64,000 nucleotides of DNA, from positions 372,001 to 436,000 of the forward strand of contig JBEUKZ010000065.1 of the NCBI GenBank assembly GCA_048128005.1, written 5' to 3'. This DNA is from Veleropilina oligotropha (lineage: Eukaryota). The translations under genes were made by a program, and so were the position numbers. Position 1 is the stretch's first letter. The number at the start of each line of letters is the position of its first letter. The notes under the pieces were generated by a model that was not told where the DNA came from, made no database searches, and saw nothing but the letters and a program-made list of their open reading frames with translations. Below, piece after piece: positions 1 through 13,030 of this stretch.

Positions 1-277
1 AACCGTCGGGTTAATGCCTGTATTCAACAAACCGTCGGGTTAATGCCTGTATTCAACAAACCGTCAGGTTAATGCCTGTATTCAACAAACCGTCAGGTTA
101 ATGCCTGTATTCAACAAACCGTCAGGTTAATGCCTGTATTCAACAAACCGTCGGGTTAATACCTGTATTCAACAAACCGTCGGGTTAATGCCTGTATTCA
201 ACAAACCGTCAGGTTAATGCCTGTATTCAACAAACCGTCAGGTTAATGCCTGTATTCAACAAACCGTCAGGTTAATG
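1..277. repeat. 29-bp tandem minisatellite, ~9.5 copies, runs off the window start
   Basis: Unit AACCGTC(A/G)GGTTAATGCCTGTATTCAACA repeated head to tail. Confidence 0.95.
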
Positions 278-2460
278 TCTGGACATGCCCATATATCATC
301 ACAAGAGGAACGACTGTCATTGCCCAAAACAGAAGTTTGAATGCACTCCTGTTGGACAGACCACTCAAGCCAGTGAATTTAGAGTCGGAAATTGAAACCA
401 CTCGCTACCAGAGCGGGCCAGTCCCGAATTATAAAGAACAATTGATACGAGACCAATATATTTTGAACAAAATTCATATCAAGGCACATGAAAGAAGTCA
501 ATGTATAAATAAACAACTACATCACTACTACCTAATTACATAAGCAACAAGCGCATCCGAGAGGAAGCATAGTTGAGCCATGTAAAGTCATCGTGGACAT
601 ACACCGTCCACCACACAGACAGACAGACAGCCTCAATACAATAGTTTATCCGTTTACACGGCTCAACTAATAATTACTTATCATAATGACTAGTATTTAC
701 TGCAGATCTATACGTTTTTCAATGTCATGGCAACATCAGTATAGAATTGAATGTGTGCTGCCTTGTTTTTCATTTTGGTCTGGGTCTGCTTCAGTCCAGG
801 TTGTAATAATAAATTATGCAGAGTGTTGTCTTCTTCTATGAGTCTGTTGGCTGGTTGGCAACATTGTTTTACGACTACGTTTAGCAATTTTCCAGCTGTA
901 TGGTAGCTGGGACACCTGGTTTAAGGTCTCACTTCGACCTGACCTACATACATTATGGATATGCCATCTATTAGTTGTGAGAATATTCACGCCGGAGCTG
1001 TGGTTTAAACCCACATCCTACCGTCCCACTTATCGTTTTTCCGACGATCTATTAAACAACACGTACGGTAAACCGTCATACCCAACTACACTCCATTTGC
1101 ATTTTACTTTCAATTTGATTTCTTCCTGGAACTGTTTAAAGATTATATACATATATGAATCCGTAGAAGCAAGGGCTTTCATATATGGGCTCACTGATTG
1201 CCACTGTTGGGCACTCATCAGGATGATTGTGAGAGACAAATGGGTATGGATCCATGCCACCACTATTGGAAATATGATGTTGTTCATCTGCACCAAGTAT
1301 GTCAATGTTATCAACAATCGGACCATTGAAAAGGGGAAAGGAAAGGATCGATGCTTATAAGTTCTGTATATTTCTACTCCAACAACGTCAGAATTAAGCT
1401 GTTACTTCCCACGCAGCTGTTAGGCACGTAAACTCGGTCTCATATGTAAAATGAGTAGTATATTTTCAACTATCATTTTGTTCAAAGCAGAACATGTCCA
1501 TATTATCGCAGGAGGAAAGCCTGACCAGTTACGGACAACTGTGATTCATAACAAATGTGTGATGTTCCTGTCGAGGTCAGCTCAATCAAGTCAGTGATTT
1601 ATCGGAGTCCACAACCGAAAAACCCACACGACTGTCGAAGCGGCCACGAGCCATTTTTCCGTGTCTGCTATCCATGGCCGTACATAATCTCTTTGATATA
1701 AAATCGTCTCTGAATTTGTTAAAAGTGATGTTCATTTCTTGTGAAGATGGCAAGCAGAATGTAAACAGTCTATATGCTGTAAAGAGTGATGTTCTTTTTA
1801 CTGTTAGGGCACTCCGATTCTAAGCCGCCAACAAAGGATAAAATAAATAAACATTCAGATTTTGCTTACGCATCCGCTGCACGGGATCAAGATCCGTTTA
1901 TATTAGAAAATTGTATCTCCGCGATTATATTAGCTGCATCCGCCAAAACACAAATGACGCGCATGGCGCTCAAGTGTCCTCTTTTCATATGCTCTTGCAT
2001 CGATCACGGCCTATGCAAACTTCTTACTTGCGATCTTATATACGGTGGTATCATCTGCGTCGGTAGCGAAATTCGCGTGATTCGTGCTAATACACTTAGC
2101 GTTCATATTTTCAGATTAATTATTAAAGAAATTCTTTGATTGGAAAGGGAACTGTTATCCTGTGCGTATATCATCTTTCAAAAATGGCTAATGGACAGAC
2201 ACATTTATTGCGTGGTCTTATATAAACATTTTTGTCACACAGTTTCTAAGGAAATCATGCAACGTTTTGCTGGAACATTCCGTGCATATATATCTTGTTC
2301 TGCGCCAGATATGCGCAATTGTTAATGTGGTTACCGTGATCAACCAATCAGAGTCATTACATAATTATAATGATCTAAATATGATTTGTACATGATCGAT
2401 AGCAAATACTAACGCGCAAGAAAGAATACAGTTATATATACATACACATACACAGTACAT

Positions 2461-2880
<420 letters not shown>

Positions 2881-2900
2881 AGGTTACTAACGGAGTTGGA

Positions 2901-3008
2901 GGTATTCATCGATTTGAAAGACCAGCGCCCGTGCGGATCGTGACACCGAGATCGCGAAGCAGTCGAGGTGTTACCGCACGGAAGAAGGTCTTTCAAATCG
3001 ATGAATAC
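2901..3008. repeat. Hairpin with 22-bp perfect arms, probable MITE-type repeat
   Basis: GTATTCATCGATTTGAAAGACC ... GGTCTTTCAAATCGATGAATAC flanking an imperfect inner stem. Confidence 0.6.
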
Positions 3009-4519
3009 TGACTAACGAGGTTTGTAATCGACTTATACAACGGCCAATTAGCTCCTTTGTTGTCAATTTCTCTTGTGATCAGCTTTAGCCGTCTTGCACG
3101 GACGCAGGTCGGTCTAGAGTGAAAAGTAGGGCGATAGGGCGGTATGGCTATACCACCCTACTTTTGAATCGTCATTGAAAACAAGGTGTTCACGCTGAAT
3201 ACCAACCAACCTCTTCAAAACAAAAGAGCCGTTGTGTAAATATATAAATAGGCCTATATAAGTAGCTCGATCTGGCTATTATAGCCCGATCGGCCAAAGT
3301 GCCCAAACTGTAAATAGGCTGATCGCATCCCTGAAAACCGATGGACTAGACGTACTTTTCACTTCAATGTTGCGTCTGGGACGCTTTGTCAAAGACAAAG
3401 GGCGTCAGGTCCGACGCTGCAAGTTGTCGACGACTGGAAATCGACCGAGAATGGACAATGATCAACGCACAGGGACTCGCCAAATGGAAAGGCATACATA
3501 AACAAAGAAAGGTAAACAATACCAGAAGCAAACATTTACGGAAATGTGACCGTCCAGTTTTATCGTGCATATAGCTAAGTATACCTAAGAAAATAGACTT
3601 ACCTTTTGCGAAAATGCAGGTTAGAATTATAACAAATTTGCTCATCATCACGAAACGTAGTCGAAGAACGACCATATGCTTGTCTGTTGCGCATGCGCGA
3701 CAAATATCAACAAACAGCAGCACAGAACACGTGAGAGTGAGTGGGCGTGGCCAGTTTCCGTGTTGATATCGGCGAACAATGTTATTTGAAATATAGGTAA
3801 TAAGTTCAATTAAGAAGTTGTTATAATAGCCAAAGTGCCTTTTTATGGACTAATGCCAACCTTGACCAAACGAGGCCAGTCACGGTGGCACTGATGATCT
3901 GTTACCAAACAATTAACAAGCGGTGCCCTGAATGCGTCTCGGTGCAAGTGTTGTCATAAGCTTCTGTCTGGAAATTACGCACGGTTTATAAATATCGATG
4001 TTTATAGAATGCACTCAGGTGTTGAAATAGCCAGGTAATCGGATTACACAGACGCTGAATCAAACACATACTCCTAGACGGCAATCAGAACATTATTAGA
4101 CAGGAGCCAATAGATGGTGACAAATTAATACGTTACGAACCACTGATGCCACAGAGGTGGAAGAATTGGTAAGGATGTTCGTCCCTACGACCAATGGGCG
4201 TGGCCGGGGGGGGGGGGGGGGGGTTATGAATGACTTCCCCACTCACCTTTGTGTCAAAACGAAAATCATATAGACATATTTCATAGTTCAATCCAAATTG
4301 TGATAATGGTTAAAAAAATGTTGACAAAAGATACTGCATTAGGGTGCAGGAGAGTATTTTTCATCGTTATATTTCGACCCCCTCCCCCTCCATGGTACTG
4401 ATATTAGGCTATGTTCGAATTCTCGGCTCCGATACTTTTTTCAGTTAACATTCATAGTTGTCCGTTACTAGAAGTCCCGGGCGACACAATAAATACCAAA
4501 AAACATTGTTTGGAATGTA

Positions 4520-4705
4520 TGACCCCTGCATACTTGAATTATCAAAGGCTTTCGATACGTGTGACATAACAGACTAACTAAAATGGTATGGACTTGAATG
4601 CAAGGCCTACGATTGGATCCCTGACTTTTTACCGGAGTGCCAAAGGGCTTGACATCAGCGGTACGACTTTTAACGATGACCAGAAACGAACATGATACCA
4701 TGACA
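4520..4705 (+). pseudogene. Decayed LINE reverse-transcriptase fragment; second copy at ~38720-38985
   Basis: CTTGAATTATCAAAGGCTTTCGATAC reads LELSKAFDT, close to the LDxSKAFD RT motif. Both copies end in CAGAAACGAACATGATACCATGA. Confidence 0.5.
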
Positions 4706-4861
4706 GGGTTTCCTTCAGAAATAAAAAGGGGGTCCTTAGGTCAACGGTATGTACTCGGCGGTGACCTGAAGTTCTCCGGCGCGTAGGGAAAATTTTATTT
4801 CTCCTCTCTGAAGTGGCCTCTCATGGGTTCTAAGAGGGCAAAAGTAAACATTTTACTGATT

Positions 4862-4995
4862 AATCAAAACGGTCACCGATGCAAAACAGTCACCGAATCA
4901 AAACCTCACCGAATCAAAACGGTCACCGAATTACAACGGTCACCGATGCAAAACAGCCACTGAATCAAAACGGTCACCGATGCAAAACAGTCAAA
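4862..4995 (+). repeat. ~17-bp tandem repeat (CAAAACGGTCACCGAAT/GAT family); longer inverted copy at ~31640-32240
   Basis: Same unit seen directly at both loci on opposite strands. Confidence 0.85.
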
Positions 4996-5635
4996 ACACG
5001 CATTAACGCTAGATGTCGCACAAGTGCTCTGACGCATAAACAACAGCATTTTGCATTTTGAGTATATGCATATAATATTGTAAATTTATCCCATGTCTTG
5101 CTCATTTTCCCATATATAGTACAACGTACCCCCAGTGGCCTAGGAAGCAATTTTGGATTGGGGGGGGGGGGGGGGGGGTAAGACAGAAAAAGGGTACATA
5201 TACTAATTTTAAATAAAGGTAATTTTGATCCCTACATTGGTGCGTATGAAAGTGTGATTACTATGGGGGTTGAGGACATTTTTTCAAATAGAAATATGAA
5301 GGAAGTCAAATTATACTCTCAATGGTCTGCGTGGGGATGGGGCACCACGTGGAAGAAAATTTTGACACTTAATCTTGTGAAACACCCTCTCCTGTATTCT
5401 GAGATCGCTAATGTGGTATTTCTTACCAACATCTTTGAAGCAATTACACCACTCTGTAAAAGTTTTCAATTTGAAAGATACGCCAAAGACATTTTTGAAA
5501 TATGCAGCTGTATATATGACCAGGGACTATAACAGTGAGGAGACGTGATGGTCAACAGGATTTTGAATGGCCTTACGGAGTAGAATTATACTATCAACGG
5601 CCCGCGTCGTGGGACCCTGTTCTCCCAGGGAGGAT

Positions 5636-5945
5636 TTTTTTGACAAATAACCGTGCGAAACACCCTCTCCTGTATTCTGATGATGTAAACGTGATATTTC
5701 TTAACAACATTTACGAAACATTTCGCCACTCCAAAGAAGAGATTTTTGACAATTAACCGTGCGAAACACCCTCTCCTGTATTCTGATGATGTAAACGTGA
5801 TATTTCTTAACAACATTTACGAATCATTTCGCCACTCCAAAGAAGACATTTTTGACAATTAACCGTGCGAAACACCCTCTCCTGTATTCTGATGATGTAA
5901 ATGTGATATTTCTTAACAATATTTACGAATCATTTCACCACTTCA
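5636..5945. repeat. ~107-bp tandem repeat, ~3 copies; related copy at ~5360-5440
   Basis: Repeated TTGACAATTAACCGTGCGAAACACCCTCTCCTGTATTCTGATGATG. Confidence 0.85.
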
Positions 5946-6005
5946 TAAAAGGTGCAGGCATGTAATAGCCTCATGCCCTGCTGTATAATAGGCCTAATAT
6001 TATAT

Positions 6006-6321
6006 GCCGTCGTGGCTCAGTGGGTTGTTCACCGGACTCTGGTCACAGAGTCTCGAGTTCGCCCCCAAAGCTCGGCGATTTCACTTGGGCAAGGAAATAA
6101 GCATATATTTGCCTCGGTCCACCCAGCCGATCTGAATGGGTACCTGGTTGGCAGTTATGTAAGTCACGGCGCTACTCGCGTGTAAATGACTGTAATGCTC
6201 CCAGAGGGAGTTGAGATGGCATATCGAATGGAATAGGCCCATAACCAGGGATAATAATGTTCAGCGCATTGAGACACTAGCGTAATAATGCGCTATATAA
6301 GACCGGAGTATTATTATTATT
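6006..6321 (+). mobile_element. tRNA-derived SINE
   Basis: A box TGGCTCAGTGG, B-box-like GAGTTCGCCCC, central CTTGGGCAAGG...CCACCCAG...AATGGGTACC, and 3' GCGCTATATAAG followed by an (ATT)n tail. Confidence 0.7.
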
Positions 6322-7386
6322 ACTAGCATTGGTACCCGTCTCCGCCGGGTAAGTCCCCCCAGCCCAAATTTTTTTTTTTTTTTTTTGGATAGTGCTCCCT
6401 TTTTATTTTTTTATTTTTTTCTCCATTATATTAAAAATGATAGTAAATTTTTTTTTTTTTGGCGAATTTTCCGAATTTTTTTCGTGGTAAACCTTCCTTG
6501 GGGGACCCCGATTAACCCCCCAAAGTTTGAAGGTCCTAGGTCAAAGCGTCTGGGAGGAGTTCAACTTGAAACAGACAGACAGACAGACAGACACACATAC
6601 AATTATAGCTCCATTATATTAAGATTATTAATAATACTCCGTATAGAATGGCGACTGTAGATGCAGATATCTCAAGGATATTGTACATGTGACAAAAGCT
6701 ATGAACCCAGATATATACTTTGTCTTCTGTCTATGGGCGTCAGTAAAATATTAGGGGGTGTAACCCCCCCCCCCCCTTATTGTATAAAAATCGCACACAA
6801 TTGCATAAAGGGGGCATGGTTGACTGAGAGCAGATTTTGCTCGATAACGGATTTTGATCTAAAATGGACGGTAAAATCAATTCTGGAGATGGTGCACACA
6901 TAGAAACTATGAAGTCGGATATATACTTTTGAATCTGTCTAAGGGCACCAATAAAAAATTGTGTGTGTGGGGGGAGAGGGGGGGGGGGGGGTAATACCCG
7001 TTATTTTATAACAAACTTTGAGCCCGCGTATATAATTTGAGTGCAAATCTAAGGGCACTTGCAAATTTAAGGGCACTGACACTGTGTATTATTCGTCGTA
7101 ATAGACGTGTGTTTATAAGCTTAAAAGCCTGCTTGAAATGTGATTGGCTGATTCCAAAGAGAACTATAAAACATGAAATGTCATCCGAAAAATTGCCTTA
7201 TATAGAAATGATTCTGCGCAAACTCAATCCAAAACGTAATCGGCGATATATCGTGTCGCACATAGATGTTACCGGCTTAAGGATTACCGTTGTAAATTAT
7301 AAGCACAAATATTATTCATTATTCTATTTCATTAAGATAACATATATAAAGTTTTAGCATTTTATCTTCACATATTTGCTTGTTAA

Positions 7387-9234
7387 AGAGACTATTGCCC
7401 GTAGTGTTCGTAGCGTCCTGTCCTCGTCTGGTACGCTGGACCGTCCTCGCCTGGTACACTGTAACGTCCTCGCAGAGAGGACATAATTAAGAGAGATAAC
7501 GCGTGTAGTTAAAAAACCTTTGTACTGCGCCATGTAGCACTCACTATAGTTTCTGGCACTAATAATGAGTTTTTAAATCTTTCATTGGTATATTATTTTA
7601 TGCCTCACAATCATATACTAGTATTTAATAATTTAACTGTGACTGATAACTGAACAGAGAGATGCATTGCCCTGCCGTGGATACGAATCCTCTCCTGTTT
7701 ACAAATTGCAGTCAAGCACGAGTGAATCAGAGCCGGTGTAAGATTGAAAAGGCACCCCCGTTGAAAAGTGACCCCTGCGGTCACTTTTCAACGTTGAATA
7801 ATGGCCTTGGGTGCCTTTTCAACTGTTGAATAATGACCCGGGTACCTTTTCAACATTGAATAAAGACCCCGGGTATGTTTTCAACTGATGGGGGTCATTT
7901 TTCAATGGCTCTCACACGGATTGAAAAGGCACCCACGTTGAACATACGTCCTATCGTCACTGTTCAACTGTTGAATAATGACCCCGGGTACCTTTTGAAT
8001 AATGACATAGGGTACCATTTCAACGTTGTATAATGACCCCCGCTAAGTTTTTACACATGGTGGAGGGTGGGTGGGTCATTTTTCAATGGCCCACCTACGG
8101 GTGGATAAGGTACCTCTTCGAATATACACCCTATAGGTATATTATGCAAAGGTACAGATTCAATAATTGAATGCAGTGCCTTTCTTATATACATACCACG
8201 GACTGCATTATATGGACAATAGCATTCGAAATATACACTGCTCAGTTATTCAGGTCAAAGCCCAGACAATGAATTCAATTTCATTCTTGCTGGCCAGTCT
8301 TTCTGATTAGACTGACCTCGTTAGGGTTGACAATGACTTCTGCATGCTCCAATTGGAAGGGTCGATTCCATATAACATGCCCTAGGTGGGATTACAGACT
8401 ATTGTGCCTCCAATTGTTTTTTCCTTGGTATGTATGACAGATGATACACTGACGCCCCTGCGCGATATCAGGGGAAATGAACCTCCCAAATGCTCGGGTC
8501 ATTATACCTGATATCGCTTGTTGTGCCAGTGTATTATCTCTAACATAATGATTTGGGCTTGCGGCATTATATTTCTATTTCGCAAATGCCTGAACAAGCT
8601 TTCTTTATATGGACAGAAAGATTCTAATATATATTGTCGGACTATTATCTATAGATGCGATCGTCCTTCTAGGTAATTATGAAACCAATGAAGTAGTGAG
8701 CCAGATATCCCAACTTGTCTGTACATTGTATTGAACGGGGACGTCCTGGGCGAGGACGTACTGAGCGAGGACACCCGGCTGCGAATACTGTTGCGTAAAT
8801 GCGCTCTTTCGGACGAGTTGTCTGTGGCACGAGTTGTCCTGACACCATCTATCGCCCGGTTCGCGCAGATTGATACAAATTTCGCAAAGATATGATCGAT
8901 ATATGATCAAATGATAGACTTTTATTGAAATTATTATTGTAACTGGGCAATATATGTTATTGTCAAGTAGAAAGCTATCTTACTTGACGAGCAGAAACCA
9001 ACGCAACAGTGCTCCAACTAGGTCAATTGGAAATACACTCGGTGCGAGGTAATTAAACGCGAACCGCGTTTTATTATTTTAAATATTCAGTAGCAGTTAA
9101 TTTAAACAATTGTCAATTTACTGACGAAAGTTGAGTATTGAAAATTCCTAACTTTTTATGTTATAAACAAAAAGTGTAATGCTGTTAGTTTTCTTTTTAA
9201 AATAGAAAGAGCGCATTTACGGGCAATAGTCTCT
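7387..9234. mobile_element. Non-autonomous DNA transposon with TTAA target-site duplication (Kolobok-like)
   Basis: TIR AGAGACTATTGCCCGTA / TACGGGCAATAGTCTCT, flanked by TTAA at 7383-7386 and 9235-9238. Confidence 0.75.
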
Positions 9235-9674
9235 TTAATCTTTAATTGTACTTTTACAAGCACGTAAACATTGTATTTGGTAATAAATTTCACTATTTTT
9301 TGTAAAGCGTGAGTATAACGCCATTCCATCTTACAATGCGCCGTAGTGTCAACGTCGCTATATTTTCTAATAGCGAAGTTGTGACTTGTTTTAAATTAAT
9401 TTTATCAAAAACAGACATGTGATAAATAGAACATCTCATTCGTGGTAGTGTAATATCACATTTATGAAACGAGTTTAACTAATTTTCATATTTTCCGAGG
9501 CTTTACATAATATATGCATATACTCAAAATGCAAGACGCCGAGTTGTGTAGTTAGCTGCCCTTGCTAGAATTTGTCGCATACAGCAAATAAACAAGTGGT
9601 AAAGCACCATAAGATATCAATATTAATTATAAATTAAACTTTTTTCTTCTCAATTTACATATTATTTAGATTAA

Positions 9675-10019
9675 AGGCCCTGCCACACAGTAAATCAAGT
9701 CGTATACGTCTTGTCGTATGAAAATTTTGTAGTATGTTCCTTGCTATGCCACACGGTAAAACAAGTCGTATGGGACTTCTCAGGTTCATGCAATTTTATT
9801 GGTTGAATGGGTTGCGAACTTACTTCATCTGGTATCTGATTGGTGGGCAACGAAAGTCTCATGGCACAAGTTGTACGGAATAGAGCATGTCCTAATGCGT
9901 AAATCAAAAGTCGCATGTGACTTTTGATTTACGAACTTGAGTATTAGGGGGTGACACACGGTAAACCTTGATTTATAAACCAAGAGGTATGCGACTTGAT
10001 TTACTGTGTGGCATGGCCT
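9675..10019. mobile_element. MITE, PIF/Harbinger-like
   Basis: ~30-bp TIR AGGCCCTGCCACACAGTAAATCAAGTCG / CGACTTGATTTACTGTGTGGCATGGCCT with TAA/TTA flanks. Confidence 0.7.
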
Positions 10020-10415
10020 TTAGTCTCCGGTTAATAATGTGTTGCTCCTAAATTCCTCCTAAGTTGAAAAATAAATTTGACAGTCTCTACTGTCTGTATT
10101 CATAATCGTTCTATCGTCCACCATTTTGGTCGCACCGCGAGTCACCTAGGAAGGTGGCGCGTCATTTGCAAAACGTTTTCAGAAAGCGCTCTGCCAATTG
10201 AACGACAAAACGCAAAACGTTTTGCATCTTGAACGCACGGCAGATTACTGTTGTTTATGCGTCAGAGCGTTTATTCAATTCAGTTTATTTAGCTATAAAC
10301 AAATACATATTTGTAGCTATAATTATACGTCTATGACGGACAGGTTATAAACTATATGTACAAATGCATATGTATCAGGATTAGCAAGAAATGTAGATGC
10401 AAATATATTAATATA

Positions 10416-10554
<139 letters not shown>

Positions 10555-10592
10555 AAAGAAAACTTAAAATATAGTCCTTTGAATGTTCTTTT

Positions 10593-10640
10593 TATGTCGC
10601 AACTAGTTTCGTGACTCTTTGTCACTCATCAGGCATATAT
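10593..10640 (-). ncRNA. Minimal hammerhead ribozyme motif of the Penelope-like element
   Basis: Minus strand reads CUGAUGA-GUGAC-AAAGA-GUCAC-GAAACUAGUU: conserved core, perfect 5-bp stem II, palindromic stem III (AACUAGUU). Stem I is short or bulged. Confidence 0.7.
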
Positions 10641-10865
10641 CCATAATAAACATTTTCGCAGACTATATATACAGTTTACATGAATGGATGATAACAGGAT
10701 TAAAAACGAAGCTGTGCAAAAATTAATTAAATATAATTGGTTAACATTTGTCTTCCTGACAAACATGACATGTAATTATACAATTTCCTTAATTGGCTAA
10801 TTGGCTCGTAAAATGATTGTTTCACATGCTAAGACAGAAATGAAGAGGATATATGGCATAAAGAG

Positions 10866-11610
10866 TTACTGATTGAGTGGAGGATTAAATTTTTTAATGA
10901 AGTGATCCTCCCACCTTATCCTGTCGGATCTATTTCCATACAATTTGAAAAAGGTAAATATAGAAAATGGGCTGCCGTTTGACGCGGCACATTTGTGTAT
11001 GTGAGTGGACACTTTGAGGTTCAAGATATGGGGGTTTAATATCTGTTGTCTATGGACACAAGTTCTATTTCGGAGTGTATCTCCACTTTGACCTATATAA
11101 AATTTATTACAGGCAGGACCAATGCAGGTCAGGACATAAATAAAATTTGTAGAATTACAATCAAATGTGTTTTTAGTTGTGAATCTGTTTGGTGGAGACG
11201 AAAGTGTCAAAGATGAACCTTCTGTTAGGTTGGTGCAGCATTTACAACGTTTATCTCCGCACTTATTTACACTCCCTGGTTGGTCAAAGCCATTGTTCTG
11301 TGTAAATTTAGCTCTTGTTAACAGTTTTTTTAAATTAGGCGGTTGGCGTTTGCTGTTAATTATCTTACTGTTTTTGAAAATGGAGTTGAGATGCGGTGTG
11401 GAGAGTAGCATTTCTTTGCTTTGCTGTATTGTTTTAAAGAAATGCGCATTATGTGGATTAAACGTATTAATAAAAGGAATTGTGTCTTCACTTACTTTTG
11501 CTTTCGTAGTACGTAATGTTTGAACATTAATTTTTTGAGCTTTTTCAATTCCCAAATTGATTATGGATTCTGGATATTTTCTGAGTTTAAGTGTCTGTTT
11601 TAACTCGTGT
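10866..11610 (-). pseudogene. Penelope-like element C-terminal linker and GIY-YIG endonuclease
   Basis: CxxxxCxCC linker, FIYVLTC...KFYIGQSGDTLRNRxxxH and a WEDHFIKKFNPPLN end. Confidence 0.9.
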
Positions 11611-11942
11611 AGCAGCAGGGGGGGTGACCATACCTTTTATGTGGGGGCGCGGCGAGGGAAATTAAGGCTCCCAGCACCTTTTCAGAATTAATATGGATCT
11701 CAACTCAGCAGCAGGGGGGGTCAGTAGACTTTTTAGAATGGGAAAATAAGGCTCCCAGCACCATTTCAGAACCGAGCTGGTATTACTGTGGGGGACTAGG
11801 GAGTTAGGGTGGGGCCCAGGGGCCCGGGGGTGGGGGCTCCCAGCACCCTTTCAGACCCGAGGGTATATCGTGTATTACAAAAAGTTACCGTGTGTACAGC
11901 GACATAGAGCCCCCAGGGACGGCCCACTACCCTCGCCGGCCC
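11611..11942 (+). repeat. Left terminal inverted repeat (~332 bp)
   Basis: Reverse complement of 27437-27769. The outer ~110 bp and inner ~85 bp match essentially perfectly; the middle is diverged. Confidence 0.93.
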
Positions 11943-12284
11943 AGGGGGTTAAATTAAAACACTTACCTATGGCCATTTCGGCCTATAAGGCCTCATCAGA
12001 ATACCTGGTAGGCATTAATGGCTTCCGACCTTGTCGGTCGGATGCCTAGACGTGATAGTTCGCCGTATAACAGGAAAAAAAGTAGCTAATTCACCGTCAT
12101 GAGACTGGAGGAGACGAGCTTCTGTCCGGGTGGAACGACGAGGTCTTTGAGACGCTGTATTTTGTCTTCCCCTCAAGCGGACCGATGATGTCTGTAATGT
12201 ATCGGGCGGCGTTGTATGTTATGCTCCCGCAGCTGGACACTATAGGCCTGAGAGGTGCGTATTAACAGCCGAAAATGAATATCA

Positions 12285-12572
12285 CTAATCCCCCTCCAGA
12301 AGGACTTGTAATCTACGGATATCATCTTTGGAGGCCTCATAGGAAGCTTCTTGTTCTCGTAGTCTCTCCATCATCTTCGTTATCCTCTCTTCAGTTTTTA
12401 CCATATTTTGGTGCGCAGTGTCCCTGCGATTTTTGGCTCTAGCCAGTTCGAGTCTCGTGGATTTCTTCGATACCCCACGAGACTCGGTTGCTTGTTTATC
12501 GAGAAATGACTCAACAAAAGTACGCTTTCGTGACATCCCCAAACCAGACATTGCTGTTGATAGTTTATCCAT
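12285..12572 (-). CDS. Small coiled-coil protein of the virus-like element, function unknown
   Basis: ~95-aa charged ORF with a heptad-like C-terminal half; TATA-like box ~30 nt upstream. Confidence 0.55.
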   Translation of the reverse strand: MDKLSTAMSGLGMSRKRTFVESFLDKQATESRGVSKKSTRLELARAKNRRDTAHQNMVKTEERITKMMERLREQEASYEASKDDIRRLQVLLEGD

Positions 12573-12601
12573 CAATGTCGTTGTGTGCTCTCATGTTGTC
12601 C

Positions 12602-12710
12602 TTATATAACCCTTTATTTCTGACTCATTGTGACACGTGGCAATGTGACACGTGGCAATGTACACGTGGCAATGTACACGTGGCAATGTGACACATGGCT
12701 GACTCATTGT
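12602..12710 (-). promoter_or_regulatory. Putative promoter: TATA box plus four CACGTG E/G-boxes bracketed by two TGACTCA (AP-1) sites
   Basis: TTATATAA at 12602-12609; TGACTCA at 12621-12627 and 12700-12706; ACACGTGGCAATGT x4 between them. Confidence 0.55.
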
Positions 12711-13030
12711 TACATGTAGAATTTCCATTTAGAGAATAAACTGTCCACTTGTTTACATCTGGACCAAAACATTTTAACTGGAGCGATGACCCGTTTCTGG
12801 ACAAAATATTTATTTCTAGGTCAGATATTTTTCACTGGGTCAATCTTTTTTTTCTGCGTCGGCGACAGCAGTAGACGGCTGAACGCCAGTGACGCACGCT
12901 TTTAACGACTGGTGTCATTCATAAATCGGCATGAATGAAACGACAGTAGACGGCCTAATGGGCATTAATATAAACAGCTGTGACCTGAAAATAGTGTAAG
13001 GCAAGGCAAGAGATTTCCCAAGCAGCTGTT

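Noticed and set aside
800..1400. Possible decayed transposase or zinc-finger coding relic on the minus strand (similarly 59540-60010)
   Set aside because: Only vague motif resemblance; not supportable without a translated search.
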